DNA of 64,000 nt, from assembly GCA_963778655.1 (NCBI GenBank), contig CAVZVA010000009.1, positions 288,001 through 352,000 on the forward strand. The letters are read 5' to 3'. Both the position numbers and the translations under genes were made by a program. This DNA is from an uncultured delta proteobacterium (GTDB lineage Bacteria > Myxococcota_A > Polyangia > Polyangiales > JAFGIB01). How positions within the stretch are numbered: position 1 is the first letter of the stretch; every line of letters starts with the position of its first letter. This document shows positions 53,152-62,134 of the stretch, piece after piece. The notes under the pieces are model-generated. The model ran no database searches. It was not told the DNA's origin and was given only the letters and a program-made list of their open reading frames with translations.

Positions 53152-54969
53152 TCACGGCTGCGCGAGGGAAGGCGCGGCTTCGCCTTGTCTGCGCTCGAGC
53201 ATTCGGCGGTACCCGTTGGCGCGGCGCCCGGTCGGGAACTTGGCGACGTAGACCTGCATGTGCTTCTCCGCCTGCTCGTTCTTGCCCATCGCGCGGTAGG
53301 TCTCGATCAGCAGCTCGAGCTCCTGCGGCGTCTTGGCTTTGCCCTCGAGCGCGGCGACCACGCAGGGGTTGTCGCCCGTGCTCAGACACGCGGTCGCCGC
53401 CTGCAGCGGCGCCTGCGCGGCAGCGGGCACCGCGGCCGGCTTCGGCTGCGGCTCGGACCGCGTGGTTTGTGCCGTCTTCGTCGCGGGCTCGGGCTTGGCC
53501 GACTCGGCCTGGGCGCGGGGCTCGTGGCTGCTCGGCTTGGAGGCTCGCGCAACCTCGGGCGGGCTGCTGGCTGCGGGCTTGTGCGGTGCCGCCTTCGCTT
53601 CCGCCTCCGGTGCCGGCTCAGCCTTCTTCGCCTCGACCGGCTCGACCGGCGCCGGCTGCGGCGTCTCGCTCAGCGCCAGCACCACGCGCCGCCGCATCAC
53701 GCCGTCGTCCAGCATGAAGCCGACGCGATCGATGGTCGCAGTGGCTTGCTCGAAGCCGTCCTTCTCGGCCTTGAGCTCGACCGGGCCGTCGAGCGTGGCC
53801 AGCTCGAACGTGCCGGGCGCGACCAGCGACTTGTCGCCGAGTGTGACACGCGCGCCTTCCGGCGCGGTGGCCACCTCGATCGCGTAGGTCGGTGGCGCGG
53901 CGGGCTCCGGCGGGGCTCGCGGCGCCAGCGCAGCGGCCTGCGGTGGCGGCCCAGCTTGCTGCGGCAGGCGCGCGTGCGGCGGCTTCGGCCGCAGCGCCAG
54001 GAACGCGGCGGCCAGCACCACCAACGCTGCGATCACCAGCGGCAAGCGCCTGCTGCTGCGGGACGCGCGGGGCGCGTTCGGTTGCGCTGCGGGCGGCGCG
54101 GGCAGCGCGCGCGGCGCGGCCGGAGCCGGTTTGGCGTCGGCCACCGACGCGCTGGGTTTGCGCTCGGGCTCGCGCCGCTCGCGCGCAGCCGCGGCAGGCC
54201 CTTCCGCGGCCTGGGACGCTCCAGTTGCGCGCGCGATCGCTGCGGCCACCTCCGCCGGACGCGGCATCTCGAGCGGCGTGGGGCGTTCCGGCGCGTGAGC
54301 GGGCCCGCCACTGGCTGCGCGCGGGGGTTTGGCTTGGCGCAGCCGTTCGCGCAGCTCCCGCGCATCCGGCCGCGCAGCGTGCGCTTTGGGCTCAGGCAGC
54401 TCCGCCTGGTCGCCATCGTGTGCCAGCGTCGCGGCGGTCTGCTCGGTCGCGCCAGCCGAGCCTGCGGCCTGCAATGCGGGCTGTGCTTCCGTAGCCTGCG
54501 CCTGAGCTTCATCCTTGGGTGCGGCCGAAGGCGTTTTGGCGAAGGGTGCGGGCAACGGCGCTTCGGCCGGCCGCGCGGAGGACGATCGGGGCGGCGGCGC
54601 CGAGCTCTGGCCGTCCGCGCGCTCGGCCGCGCCCAGCTGCTTCAGGATGGCTTGAATGGCCTCGCGGCCGCCTGCCTCGAGCTTGACGAACTTCACGCCC
54701 ATCCCGGCGGGCTGGTCGTCGGTCTCGAGCTCCCGCAGCCACACCACGCGCGCCACCCCGCGGATCGTGCCGGAGCCGCCGTCGAGGTCGCATTCGAGCT
54801 TGATCAGCGTGCCGGCGGGCGCGGGCGCAGGTGACTTGATGAACATGCCGCCCGCGGACAGATCGAAGCACTGCTCCTTGACGAACTCGAACGCGGTCGG
54901 GCTGCGATAGCGCGCCACCAACGTGACGTGGGCGCGTGGATTCTTGCGGCTCTTCCGCGGTTCGGCCAT
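53152..54969 (-). CDS. TIGR02266-type PilZ single-pass membrane protein with PEGA-like and conserved C-terminal domains
   Basis: RKNPR, DLSAGGMFIKS, GMGVKF; long Pro/Ala linker; TM LPLVIAALVVLAAAFLAL; ATAPEGARV. Confidence 0.88.
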   Translation of the reverse strand: MAEPRKSRKNPRAHVTLVARYRSPTAFEFVKEQCFDLSAGGMFIKSPAPAPAGTLIKLECDLDGGSGTIRGVARVVWLRELETDDQPAGMGVKFVKLEAGGREAIQAILKQLGAAERADGQSSAPPPRSSSARPAEAPLPAPFAKTPSAAPKDEAQAQATEAQPALQAAGSAGATEQTAATLAHDGDQAELPEPKAHAARPDARELRERLRQAKPPRAASGGPAHAPERPTPLEMPRPAEVAAAIARATGASQAAEGPAAAARERREPERKPSASVADAKPAPAAPRALPAPPAAQPNAPRASRSSRRLPLVIAALVVLAAAFLALRPKPPHARLPQQAGPPPQAAALAPRAPPEPAAPPTYAIEVATAPEGARVTLGDKSLVAPGTFELATLDGPVELKAEKDGFEQATATIDRVGFMLDDGVMRRRVVLALSETPQPAPVEPVEAKKAEPAPEAEAKAAPHKPAASSPPEVARASKPSSHEPRAQAESAKPEPATKTAQTTRSEPQPKPAAVPAAAQAPLQAATACLSTGDNPCVVAALEGKAKTPQELELLIETYRAMGKNEQAEKHMQVYVAKFPTGRRANGYRRMLERRQGEAAPSLAQP

Positions 54970-55183
54970 CTGCGGGCTTACGCTCCCATGTCCGCCCAGC
55001 TGCCGGGCTTGCCGCCACCACCAGTGCCGCGGCCGAACAATTGAGAGATGCATCGCAGGATCCCGTCAAGATCACCAATGTGCGCGAAGCACGCACGAGT
55101 ACGCCTTTGGAGCACTACAGCACGCTCCCGCGCGCCGGTGCAATCGCATCCCGAGCAATTGGATTCGCTGCGCGCTGCAGCCG

Positions 55184-56314
55184 CTACTGCGGCGACCAGG
55201 TTCTGTGCGGCGCGCGACGCTTGCTCGGCGGCGGCGGGGCAAAGCCGAGCAGCTTGCGCTGGCGTACGAATTCCTCGACTGCTTGACGCTGGTCTTCGCG
55301 CATCTCGACGAACTGGATGCCGATGCCGGCTTCGGAAGCCGGCCGCGACGCGTCGCGCCGCCAGCGCACCTCGCCCTGCACGTCGAGCCGCTGGCGCTCG
55401 TCGAGTTGGAACTCGAGCCGCACGCGCGAGCCGACGGCCAGCCGCTTGGCTTCCACCAAATCGCCGTTGCGCACGGCCACGAACGCGCCGCCGAAGCCGA
55501 CGTTGCCAATCTGGCCCTGCACCGACTCGTTGATGCGGGCCGGGACCTCGGTGTCCACGCGCAGCAAGCGGCTGCGGTCGTAGGGCGAGTCCACGAAATG
55601 CTCCATCACCGCGAACGCGAGCCGGTCGTTGCTGACCGGCTTCTCGAACAGATCGCGCGCGCCGCGCGCGATCCACTCACTGCGCGCCACGCTCGGCCCC
55701 GTGCAGGTCACCAATACGATGGGATAGCGCCCGAAGCGGCTGACGATGTCGTCGAGCACGCCGCGACCGCTCCCGCCTGGCAGGGCGAGATCGGCCACCA
55801 CCGCGTCGATGCGCTCCTGCGCAATGCGCTCCAAGACGCGCGTGGAGTCCACCTCGACCAGGGTCGAGAGTCCGCGCGAGCCCAGACCCTCGATCATGCG
55901 CTCGCGCTCGGACGGGTCGGGCTCGACCAGCAGCACGTGCGGGCGCCGCACGAAGGGCACCACGCCTGCCTGGCGCCCCAGGGCTTCCTTGATGAAGAGC
56001 GCCAGCAGGCCCGACTTCGTGTTGGTGCGGGTGCGCCTAAAGACGTTCTTGAAGTGGTTGTGGACCGTGTTCTGGCTGAGGCTGAGCTGGGCGGCGATCG
56101 CCGGCACCGTGCTGCAACCGGTGACCAGCAGGAACAGCACGTCGTGCTCGCGGGCGGTTAGGCGGTAGCGCTCCGCGAAACGGTCGAGCTCTTCGCGGAA
56201 GAATGGAGTTGCGGCGCTCACGTGGCGTGTCCTGGTGTGCAGACCAGGGGGCCGCTCTTCTTGAGTCGCATCCCCCGGTAGTCGCGGCTCATGATAGAAA
56301 GGCTGGAAGTTCAC
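55184..56314 (-). CDS. LuxR-HTH / receiver / PilZ hybrid regulator
   Basis: LTAREHDVL...IAAQLSLSQNTVHNH; REC VVADLALPG...FEKP; PilZ RSRLLR, NVGFGGAFV, GIGIQF; start uncertain. Confidence 0.85.
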   Translation of the reverse strand: MNFQPFYHEPRLPGDATQEERPPGLHTRTRHVSAATPFFREELDRFAERYRLTAREHDVLFLLVTGCSTVPAIAAQLSLSQNTVHNHFKNVFRRTRTNTKSGLLALFIKEALGRQAGVVPFVRRPHVLLVEPDPSERERMIEGLGSRGLSTLVEVDSTRVLERIAQERIDAVVADLALPGGSGRGVLDDIVSRFGRYPIVLVTCTGPSVARSEWIARGARDLFEKPVSNDRLAFAVMEHFVDSPYDRSRLLRVDTEVPARINESVQGQIGNVGFGGAFVAVRNGDLVEAKRLAVGSRVRLEFQLDERQRLDVQGEVRWRRDASRPASEAGIGIQFVEMREDQRQAVEEFVRQRKLLGFAPPPPSKRRAPHRTWSPQ

Positions 56315-56707
56315 GTGAATCCCCAGGATTAGCTAAGTCGCGAGAAAATCGAGTGAAATCCCCCGAGTTCAGCTAGTACACAAGTACATGCTCCATCGAT
56401 TCTGGCCAAACAAGCCCGCCTGCAGATCTTTTTCGCCTGGGGATTGGTTGCCGCGCGCAGGCCGGTCGGCGCCATCCGCGGTGCTGCACGCGGAAGTCCT
56501 GCGGAGCGCGCGGCCGGTACGAGCGCGAGCATGGCTGATGCTGTGTCCCGCATCGCGCTCCGCTTGGCCGCAGCGCGAAACGACGCGACCCGAGTGGCGG
56601 CACGCGGCCCGTTCCGGGTCCCGGCGCCACCGCCCCCCGCGTTGCGAGTCCGAGGCGCTCCGGCTAAGGATGTTGCTCGCGTGCGCGTCGAAAGGTCGAC
56701 CCGGTTG

Positions 56708-59700
56708 ATGGGGTCCGGAGAGCCAGAGATCTACCGGTTCGCTCGCTTCGAGCTGGACGCTCTGCGCGCCGAGCTGCGCCGGGATCAGCAACCGGTGAAG
56801 ATCTTTCCTCGCGCCTTCGACCTGTTGCTGTACCTGGTGCGGCAGCGCGGCCGCATGGTGTCGCGCGAGGAGCTGCTGGCCGAGCTGTGGCCCGACGTGA
56901 CCGTCACCGCGGCGGTGCTCACCCAGACGGTGTGGGAGCTGCGGCGCGCACTCGGGGACGGAACCTTCGGCACCGAGCTGATCCGCAACTCGCGAGGTCG
57001 CGGTTATCGTTTCGTGGCCGAGGTCGAGTTGCCCGGAGGCGAGCGCACGCAGGGCGTGTCCGCGTCGAGCGTGCCTGCAGCACCGCCCGCGGGCTCGGCG
57101 CCGATTCAGAGCGCGCTGCGGCCCAAGCCGATCCTGTCCTACGTCGGCCGCGAAGCGGAGATGCAGCGGCTGCGCGCCGCGCTAGAGGCAAGCCTCGAGG
57201 GTAGGGGCTCGGTGTTCCTGCTGGGCGGCGAGCCGGGCATCGGCAAGACGCGTGCGGCCGAGGAGGTCATGTTGCTGGCGCGCGCGCAGGGCGCGCTGGC
57301 GCTCGAGGGCCATTGCTACGAGGGGCAAGGTGCACCCCCGTTCTGGCCTTGGTTGCAGGTGGTGCGGCGGCTGACCGAGGAACACGCGCCGGAAGCCCTG
57401 CGCGAGCACATGGGCGCAGGTGCGTCGGATCTGTGCCGGCTGTGCCCCGAGCTGAGCGCGCTGTTCCCGGAGGTGCCCGAGCCGCCGGAGCGGCCGACCG
57501 ATCAGGACCGCCTGTTCGTGCTCGACAGCGTGGTCAATTTCATCGTGCGCGCATCGGCTGCGCGGCCGCTGGCGCTGATGCTCGACGACCTGCACTGGGC
57601 CGATCGCGCTTCGCTGCTGCTGCTCGAGACGCTGTCGCGCATGGCTGCGCGCGCTCGCATCTTGATCGTCGGCACGTACCGCACGACCGAGCTCGGTCAG
57701 GCCTCGGCCTTTGCGAGCAGCACGGCGGTGCTGGCCAAGAGCTGCGAGCAGCTGCTGCTCTCCGGTCTGTCGCAGCAGGAGGTCGCCACGCTGCTGCTGG
57801 GAGAGGCGAGCGGCCTGGACCAGACGCTCGCGGCCGAGGTGCACCGCATCACCTCCGGCAATCCGCTGTTCGTGATCCACGTGGCCAGGCTGGCCGGCGA
57901 CGAACCGGGCCGCGCCGCGCTGGTCGCCGGGCAGCTCGGTCTACCCGATGAGGTGCGCGAGGTGATCGCCAAGCGGCTCGAGCGGCTGCCGCCTGCGTGC
58001 GTCGAGTTGCTGCGCTGGGCTGCCGCGCTCGGCCAGCGCTTCCGCTTCAACGATCTGCGGCAGCTGGTGGAATGCCCACAGGAGCAGCTGCTGGGCTTGC
58101 TGCAGGCCGCTTCCGACGCGCGCATCGTGTGCGAGGAGCAGCTCGGCGTGTACGGCTTCACCCACCCCATGATCCGCGAGGCCGTGCACCAATCGTTGCG
58201 CATGCCCGAGCGGGCGCAGTTGCACCAGCGCATCGCCTTGGCGATCGAGGCCAGCTGCGGGCCCTACGACGTGAGCCGGCTCGACGAGCTGGCCTACCAC
58301 TTCGGGGAAGCTGCGGCGATCGGCAGCGCGGCCAAGGCGGTCGATTACGCCGAGCGCGCGGCCGCGCGCGCCTTCGAGGCCACCGCCTACGAGACTGCGG
58401 TCGAGTACTACGACAAGGCGCTGCAGGCACTGGAGCTGATGACGCCGGCAGATGTGCGGCGCGGCGCGGAGCTGCGGCTCGCGCGCGGTACGGCGCTGCG
58501 GGGCGCTCACGAGGATCCGGCCCGCGTGCGGGCGGCGTTTCTGGAGGTCGCCGATCAGGCCGCCGCGCGCGGGGACGCCGAGTTGCTGGCGCGCGCCGCG
58601 TTGGGCTATTCAGGGCTCGGCCCGCTGCGGATCCGCCAGGTGCGCGAGGCCGGCACGGTCGATCCGGTCGAGGTCGCGTTGCTCGAGCGCGCGCTCGGCG
58701 CGCTGCCCGAGCAGGATTCCGAGCTGCGCGCACTGCTGCTGGGTCAGCTCGCCGGCGCGCTGTACAACACGCGCGAGCGCGGGCGCCGAGAGCGGCTCGC
58801 GGATGCGGCGGTGGAGATGGCGCGGCGCGCGGCGAGCCCGGAGAGCCTGGCCGAAGCGCTGCTGATGAAGCACCGCGTGATCACCGCTCCTGATCAGCTC
58901 GAGCAGCGGCTGGCGCTGACCACGGAGATCATCGAGCTGACCCACACCATCGAGGCCAAGGGGCTGGAGTTTGACGCCTATTTGCAGCGGGCGCTGTTGA
59001 TGATGCAGAAGGGGCAGCACGTCGGCGCCGACGCGGACCTCGCGACGGCGTTGCGGCTGGCCGAGGAGATGCAGCAGTCGGACGAGAAGGAGCGCGCGCG
59101 GGGTTTCGACCTGCTGCGCATGTTCTGGGAAGGCCGCTACGCCGAAGGCGAGCGCGAGTCCGCGCGGCTCGCCCAGGAACGAACGCGCGGCGGGTTGCTT
59201 GGCATCGACCAAGGGCACGCCATCCGCACGCTGGGCTCCGCCTGGCAGCAGGGCCGCCCGGCAGAGGCGATCGCGCCGCTCGAGGCGCTGGCCGCCAAGT
59301 ACCCGCTGCCGATGGTGTGGCGCTGCGGCCTGGCCGCGCTGTACGCCACCGCCAATCGCCTGCACGAGGCGCGCCGCGAGCTGGAACGGCTCGCGGTCAA
59401 CGACTTCGGCGATCTGCCCTTCGACCACAACTGGCTCAGCTGTCAGATGTATATGGCGGTGGTCTGCGCCGACCTCGGCGATCGCCCGCGCGCGGCGCGC
59501 GTGCTCGAGCTGCTGCGTCCCTACCAGGACAGGCTGATCTGGCTGGGCATCGCGTCGATGTATGGCGGGCCCGTCTCCCATGCGCTGGCGCGGGTGGCGG
59601 CCACGCTGGAGCGCTGGGCGGAGGCCGAGGCGTGGTTCGAGCAGACCATCGAGCGCGACGCCGCGATGGGCGCGCGGGTCTGGGTGGCGATGGCGCAGTG

Positions 59701-59875
59701 CCACTACGGCGAGATGCTGTGGCGCCGCGCCGCGGGCTCGGACCGCGAGCGCGCGCGCGCGCTGATCGACGCCGCGTTCGCCACCGCGGCCGAGCTCGGC
59801 ATCGGTTACGTACAGCAGCGCGTGGAGCGCTTGGCGGCGGCGCCGCGGCTGGCGGGGCTCGCGGCGCGCGGCTGA
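56708..59875 (+). CDS. Winged-helix (OmpR-type) / AAA ATPase / TPR transcriptional regulator
   Basis: LLLYLV...VSREELL..LWPD...ELRRALGD...RGRGYRF; YVGREAE, GEPGIGKT, LDDLHWAD, SGNPLF, FTHPMIRE. Confidence 0.92.
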   Translation: MGSGEPEIYRFARFELDALRAELRRDQQPVKIFPRAFDLLLYLVRQRGRMVSREELLAELWPDVTVTAAVLTQTVWELRRALGDGTFGTELIRNSRGRGYRFVAEVELPGGERTQGVSASSVPAAPPAGSAPIQSALRPKPILSYVGREAEMQRLRAALEASLEGRGSVFLLGGEPGIGKTRAAEEVMLLARAQGALALEGHCYEGQGAPPFWPWLQVVRRLTEEHAPEALREHMGAGASDLCRLCPELSALFPEVPEPPERPTDQDRLFVLDSVVNFIVRASAARPLALMLDDLHWADRASLLLLETLSRMAARARILIVGTYRTTELGQASAFASSTAVLAKSCEQLLLSGLSQQEVATLLLGEASGLDQTLAAEVHRITSGNPLFVIHVARLAGDEPGRAALVAGQLGLPDEVREVIAKRLERLPPACVELLRWAAALGQRFRFNDLRQLVECPQEQLLGLLQAASDARIVCEEQLGVYGFTHPMIREAVHQSLRMPERAQLHQRIALAIEASCGPYDVSRLDELAYHFGEAAAIGSAAKAVDYAERAAARAFEATAYETAVEYYDKALQALELMTPADVRRGAELRLARGTALRGAHEDPARVRAAFLEVADQAAARGDAELLARAALGYSGLGPLRIRQVREAGTVDPVEVALLERALGALPEQDSELRALLLGQLAGALYNTRERGRRERLADAAVEMARRAASPESLAEALLMKHRVITAPDQLEQRLALTTEIIELTHTIEAKGLEFDAYLQRALLMMQKGQHVGADADLATALRLAEEMQQSDEKERARGFDLLRMFWEGRYAEGERESARLAQERTRGGLLGIDQGHAIRTLGSAWQQGRPAEAIAPLEALAAKYPLPMVWRCGLAALYATANRLHEARRELERLAVNDFGDLPFDHNWLSCQMYMAVVCADLGDRPRAARVLELLRPYQDRLIWLGIASMYGGPVSHALARVAATLERWAEAEAWFEQTIERDAAMGARVWVAMAQCHYGEMLWRRAAGSDRERARALIDAAFATAAELGIGYVQQRVERLAAAPRLAGLAARG

Positions 59876-60101
59876 GGTAGGGTACGCCGTCGGGATTGGC
59901 GACAGCCCTTGGCGCGTGGGGCGGTGGGCTCCCAGGCGCGACAACTTTGAGCAAATCCTGAGTCAAGCCTGAGGGTCCGGCACCGTGCTGCGAGCTAGAG
60001 TGCTGCGCAAAGGCGCCGCCCAAGGGGTCAAGGGGGGCGCCCTCGATTTCTCCCTGACTTGCCCCGCCGTGGCCCAGGGTCGCACCCCCATCGTCCTGAG
60101 G

Positions 60102-61007
60102 TCACGGCGGGGCCTTGTGTTGCGCGCCTTCGTACAGGCGCGCGATTTCCTTGCGTACGGCCGCCTGGATCTCGGCGGGCACGGTCGGCTCGGGCACGGC
60201 GCGGCACAGCGCCAGGGTGCGGTTGAGCGCGTCGCAGGTGCGCTGGCAGCGCGGGCAGCGGTCGATGTGAGCCTGCATCTCGGCGCACGTTTCTGCGCTG
60301 ATCTCCTGCTCCCGGTTGCGCGAGAACAACAGCGCGATCTCGGGGCAGCCCGAGATCGGCCCGGCGGCCTCCGCGCCCGTCACAGGCTCCAGCAGCGGAG
60401 CGAGCCGGTTGCGCACCGCGACGCGCGCGCGGTGCAGGCGGCTCTTGACCTGCGGTACGCTCATCGCGAGCGCGCTCGCCACCTCGGCCGCGCTCAGCCC
60501 TTCCACGTCGCGCAGCAGCAGCACATCCCGGTAGCCCGGGGCGAGCTCCGAGACCGCGCCCTCGATCGCCTGCAGCAGCTCGCGATCGGCCAGCACCTCG
60601 TCTGCGCCCTGCGCGGGGTCCGCAAGCCGCAGCGCCTCCGGCCCGGCGCTCGCCGTGCGGTCGGCCAGCGCCCGCGCCTTGCGCCTGCGCTTGCCACAGA
60701 AGCTGCGCGCGATCGCGTAGAGCCAGGTCGAAATTGCGGCGTCGCCGCGGAACTTCCCGATTCCGCGCGCCGCGGCCAGCAGGCTGTCCTGCAGCACCTC
60801 GCGCGCCTCCTCGGGATCGCGACACATGCGCAGGCTGAACCGGAACAGCGGCGCCTGATAGCGCTGGAGCAGTGCCTCGAGCGCCGCGGCCTCGCCTCCG
60901 CGCGCGCGTGCGAGCAGCACGGCATCGGGCGGCGCGGCGGCCGGGGCTGTCTCGGCGGGCTCGACCACGCCTTGACCAGTACCAGAAAGCGCAGAGTTCA
61001 CAACCAC
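60102..61007 (-). CDS. ECF sigma factor with fused C-terminal zinc finger (HxxxCxxC)
   Basis: Region 2 FRGDAAISTWLYAIA, region 4 LLRDVEGLS..EVA...VKSRLHRAR, tail C...HIDRCPRC; start may be GTG 60968. Confidence 0.9.
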   Translation of the reverse strand: MVVNSALSGTGQGVVEPAETAPAAAPPDAVLLARARGGEAAALEALLQRYQAPLFRFSLRMCRDPEEAREVLQDSLLAAARGIGKFRGDAAISTWLYAIARSFCGKRRRKARALADRTASAGPEALRLADPAQGADEVLADRELLQAIEGAVSELAPGYRDVLLLRDVEGLSAAEVASALAMSVPQVKSRLHRARVAVRNRLAPLLEPVTGAEAAGPISGCPEIALLFSRNREQEISAETCAEMQAHIDRCPRCQRTCDALNRTLALCRAVPEPTVPAEIQAAVRKEIARLYEGAQHKAPP

Positions 61008-61114
61008 ATGCAGGGCCGTACCGGGTGTGGCCGGGGTGAACCCTTTTGGCGCCTTGCGGCTCTATTTAAGTACGGGCGAACGGGCTACCGTTCTTGTCCC
61101 AGGGGAGGCCCTGC

Positions 61115-62134
61115 ATGTTGCTGCGACAGCTCTTCGACGCCGATACCTGGACCTACACCTATCTGGTCGCCGACGAGGCGAGCCGGCAGGCGCTGTTGAT
61201 CGACCCGGTGCGCGACCGCGCCGCGCGCGATCTGGAGTTGCTCGAGCAGCTCGGGCTGCGCTTGGTGTACGCGCTCGACACTCACGTTCACGCCGACCAC
61301 GTGACCGGCTCCGGCCTGCTGCGCGAGCGCACCGGCTGCAAGAGCGTGGCCTCGGCGCTGGGCCCGGAGTCGGCGGAGCTCCGGCTGAGCGACGGCGACC
61401 GCCTGCGCCTTGGCGCGTTCGAGCTCGAGGTGATCGCGACACCCGGCCACACCGACGACAGCGTGAGCTATCGCATCGGGTCCGATCTCTTCACCGGCGA
61501 CGCGCTGTTCGTGCGCGGCACCGGCCGCACCGACTTCCAGAATGGCGACGCGGGGCAGCTCTACGATTCGATCACCACGCGCATCTTCAGCCTGCCCGAC
61601 GACACCCACATCTGGCCGGGCCACGACTACAAGGGCTTCACCAGCACCACGGTCGGCGAGGAGAAGCGCTGGAACCCGCGGCTCGCGGGCAAGAGTCGGG
61701 CGCAGTTCATCGAGCTGATGGGCGCGCTCGGCCTGCCGCCGCCCAAGCAGCTGGAGCAGGCAGTTCCAGCCAATCGAGAGCTCGGGCTGGGCCTGGGCCC
61801 GGAGCAGAGCTCGGGCGGCTTCTCCGAGTGCAACGCGGGTGCGGTAGCCGCCCTGCTGGCGCGCGGCGGGGTGCGCGTGATCGACGTGCGCGAGGGCCAC
61901 GAGTTCAGCGGCGAGCTGGGGCACATCGCCGGCGCCCAGAACGTGCCGATGGGGCTCTTTCCTGACGTCGCGCGCGAGTGGGACCGCGAGCAGTCGCTGC
62001 TGCTGGTGTGCCGTTCGGGCCGGCGCTCACGCGAGGTGTGCCAGCAGCTCGCCGGGCAGGGCTTCGCGCGCGTGACCAACCTTCGCGGCGGCATGCTGGA
62101 CTACCGCGAGCGCGGGCGGGAGGAGCGGAGCTGA
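61115..62134 (+). CDS. Persulfide dioxygenase (ETHE1-like MBL fold) fused to rhodanese
   Basis: RQLFD..T.TYTYL, THVHADH, TPGHT, GRTDFQ, PGHDY; rhodanese IDVRE..EF...HI.GA and CRSGRRS. Confidence 0.92.
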   Translation: MLLRQLFDADTWTYTYLVADEASRQALLIDPVRDRAARDLELLEQLGLRLVYALDTHVHADHVTGSGLLRERTGCKSVASALGPESAELRLSDGDRLRLGAFELEVIATPGHTDDSVSYRIGSDLFTGDALFVRGTGRTDFQNGDAGQLYDSITTRIFSLPDDTHIWPGHDYKGFTSTTVGEEKRWNPRLAGKSRAQFIELMGALGLPPPKQLEQAVPANRELGLGLGPEQSSGGFSECNAGAVAALLARGGVRVIDVREGHEFSGELGHIAGAQNVPMGLFPDVAREWDREQSLLLVCRSGRRSREVCQQLAGQGFARVTNLRGGMLDYRERGREERS

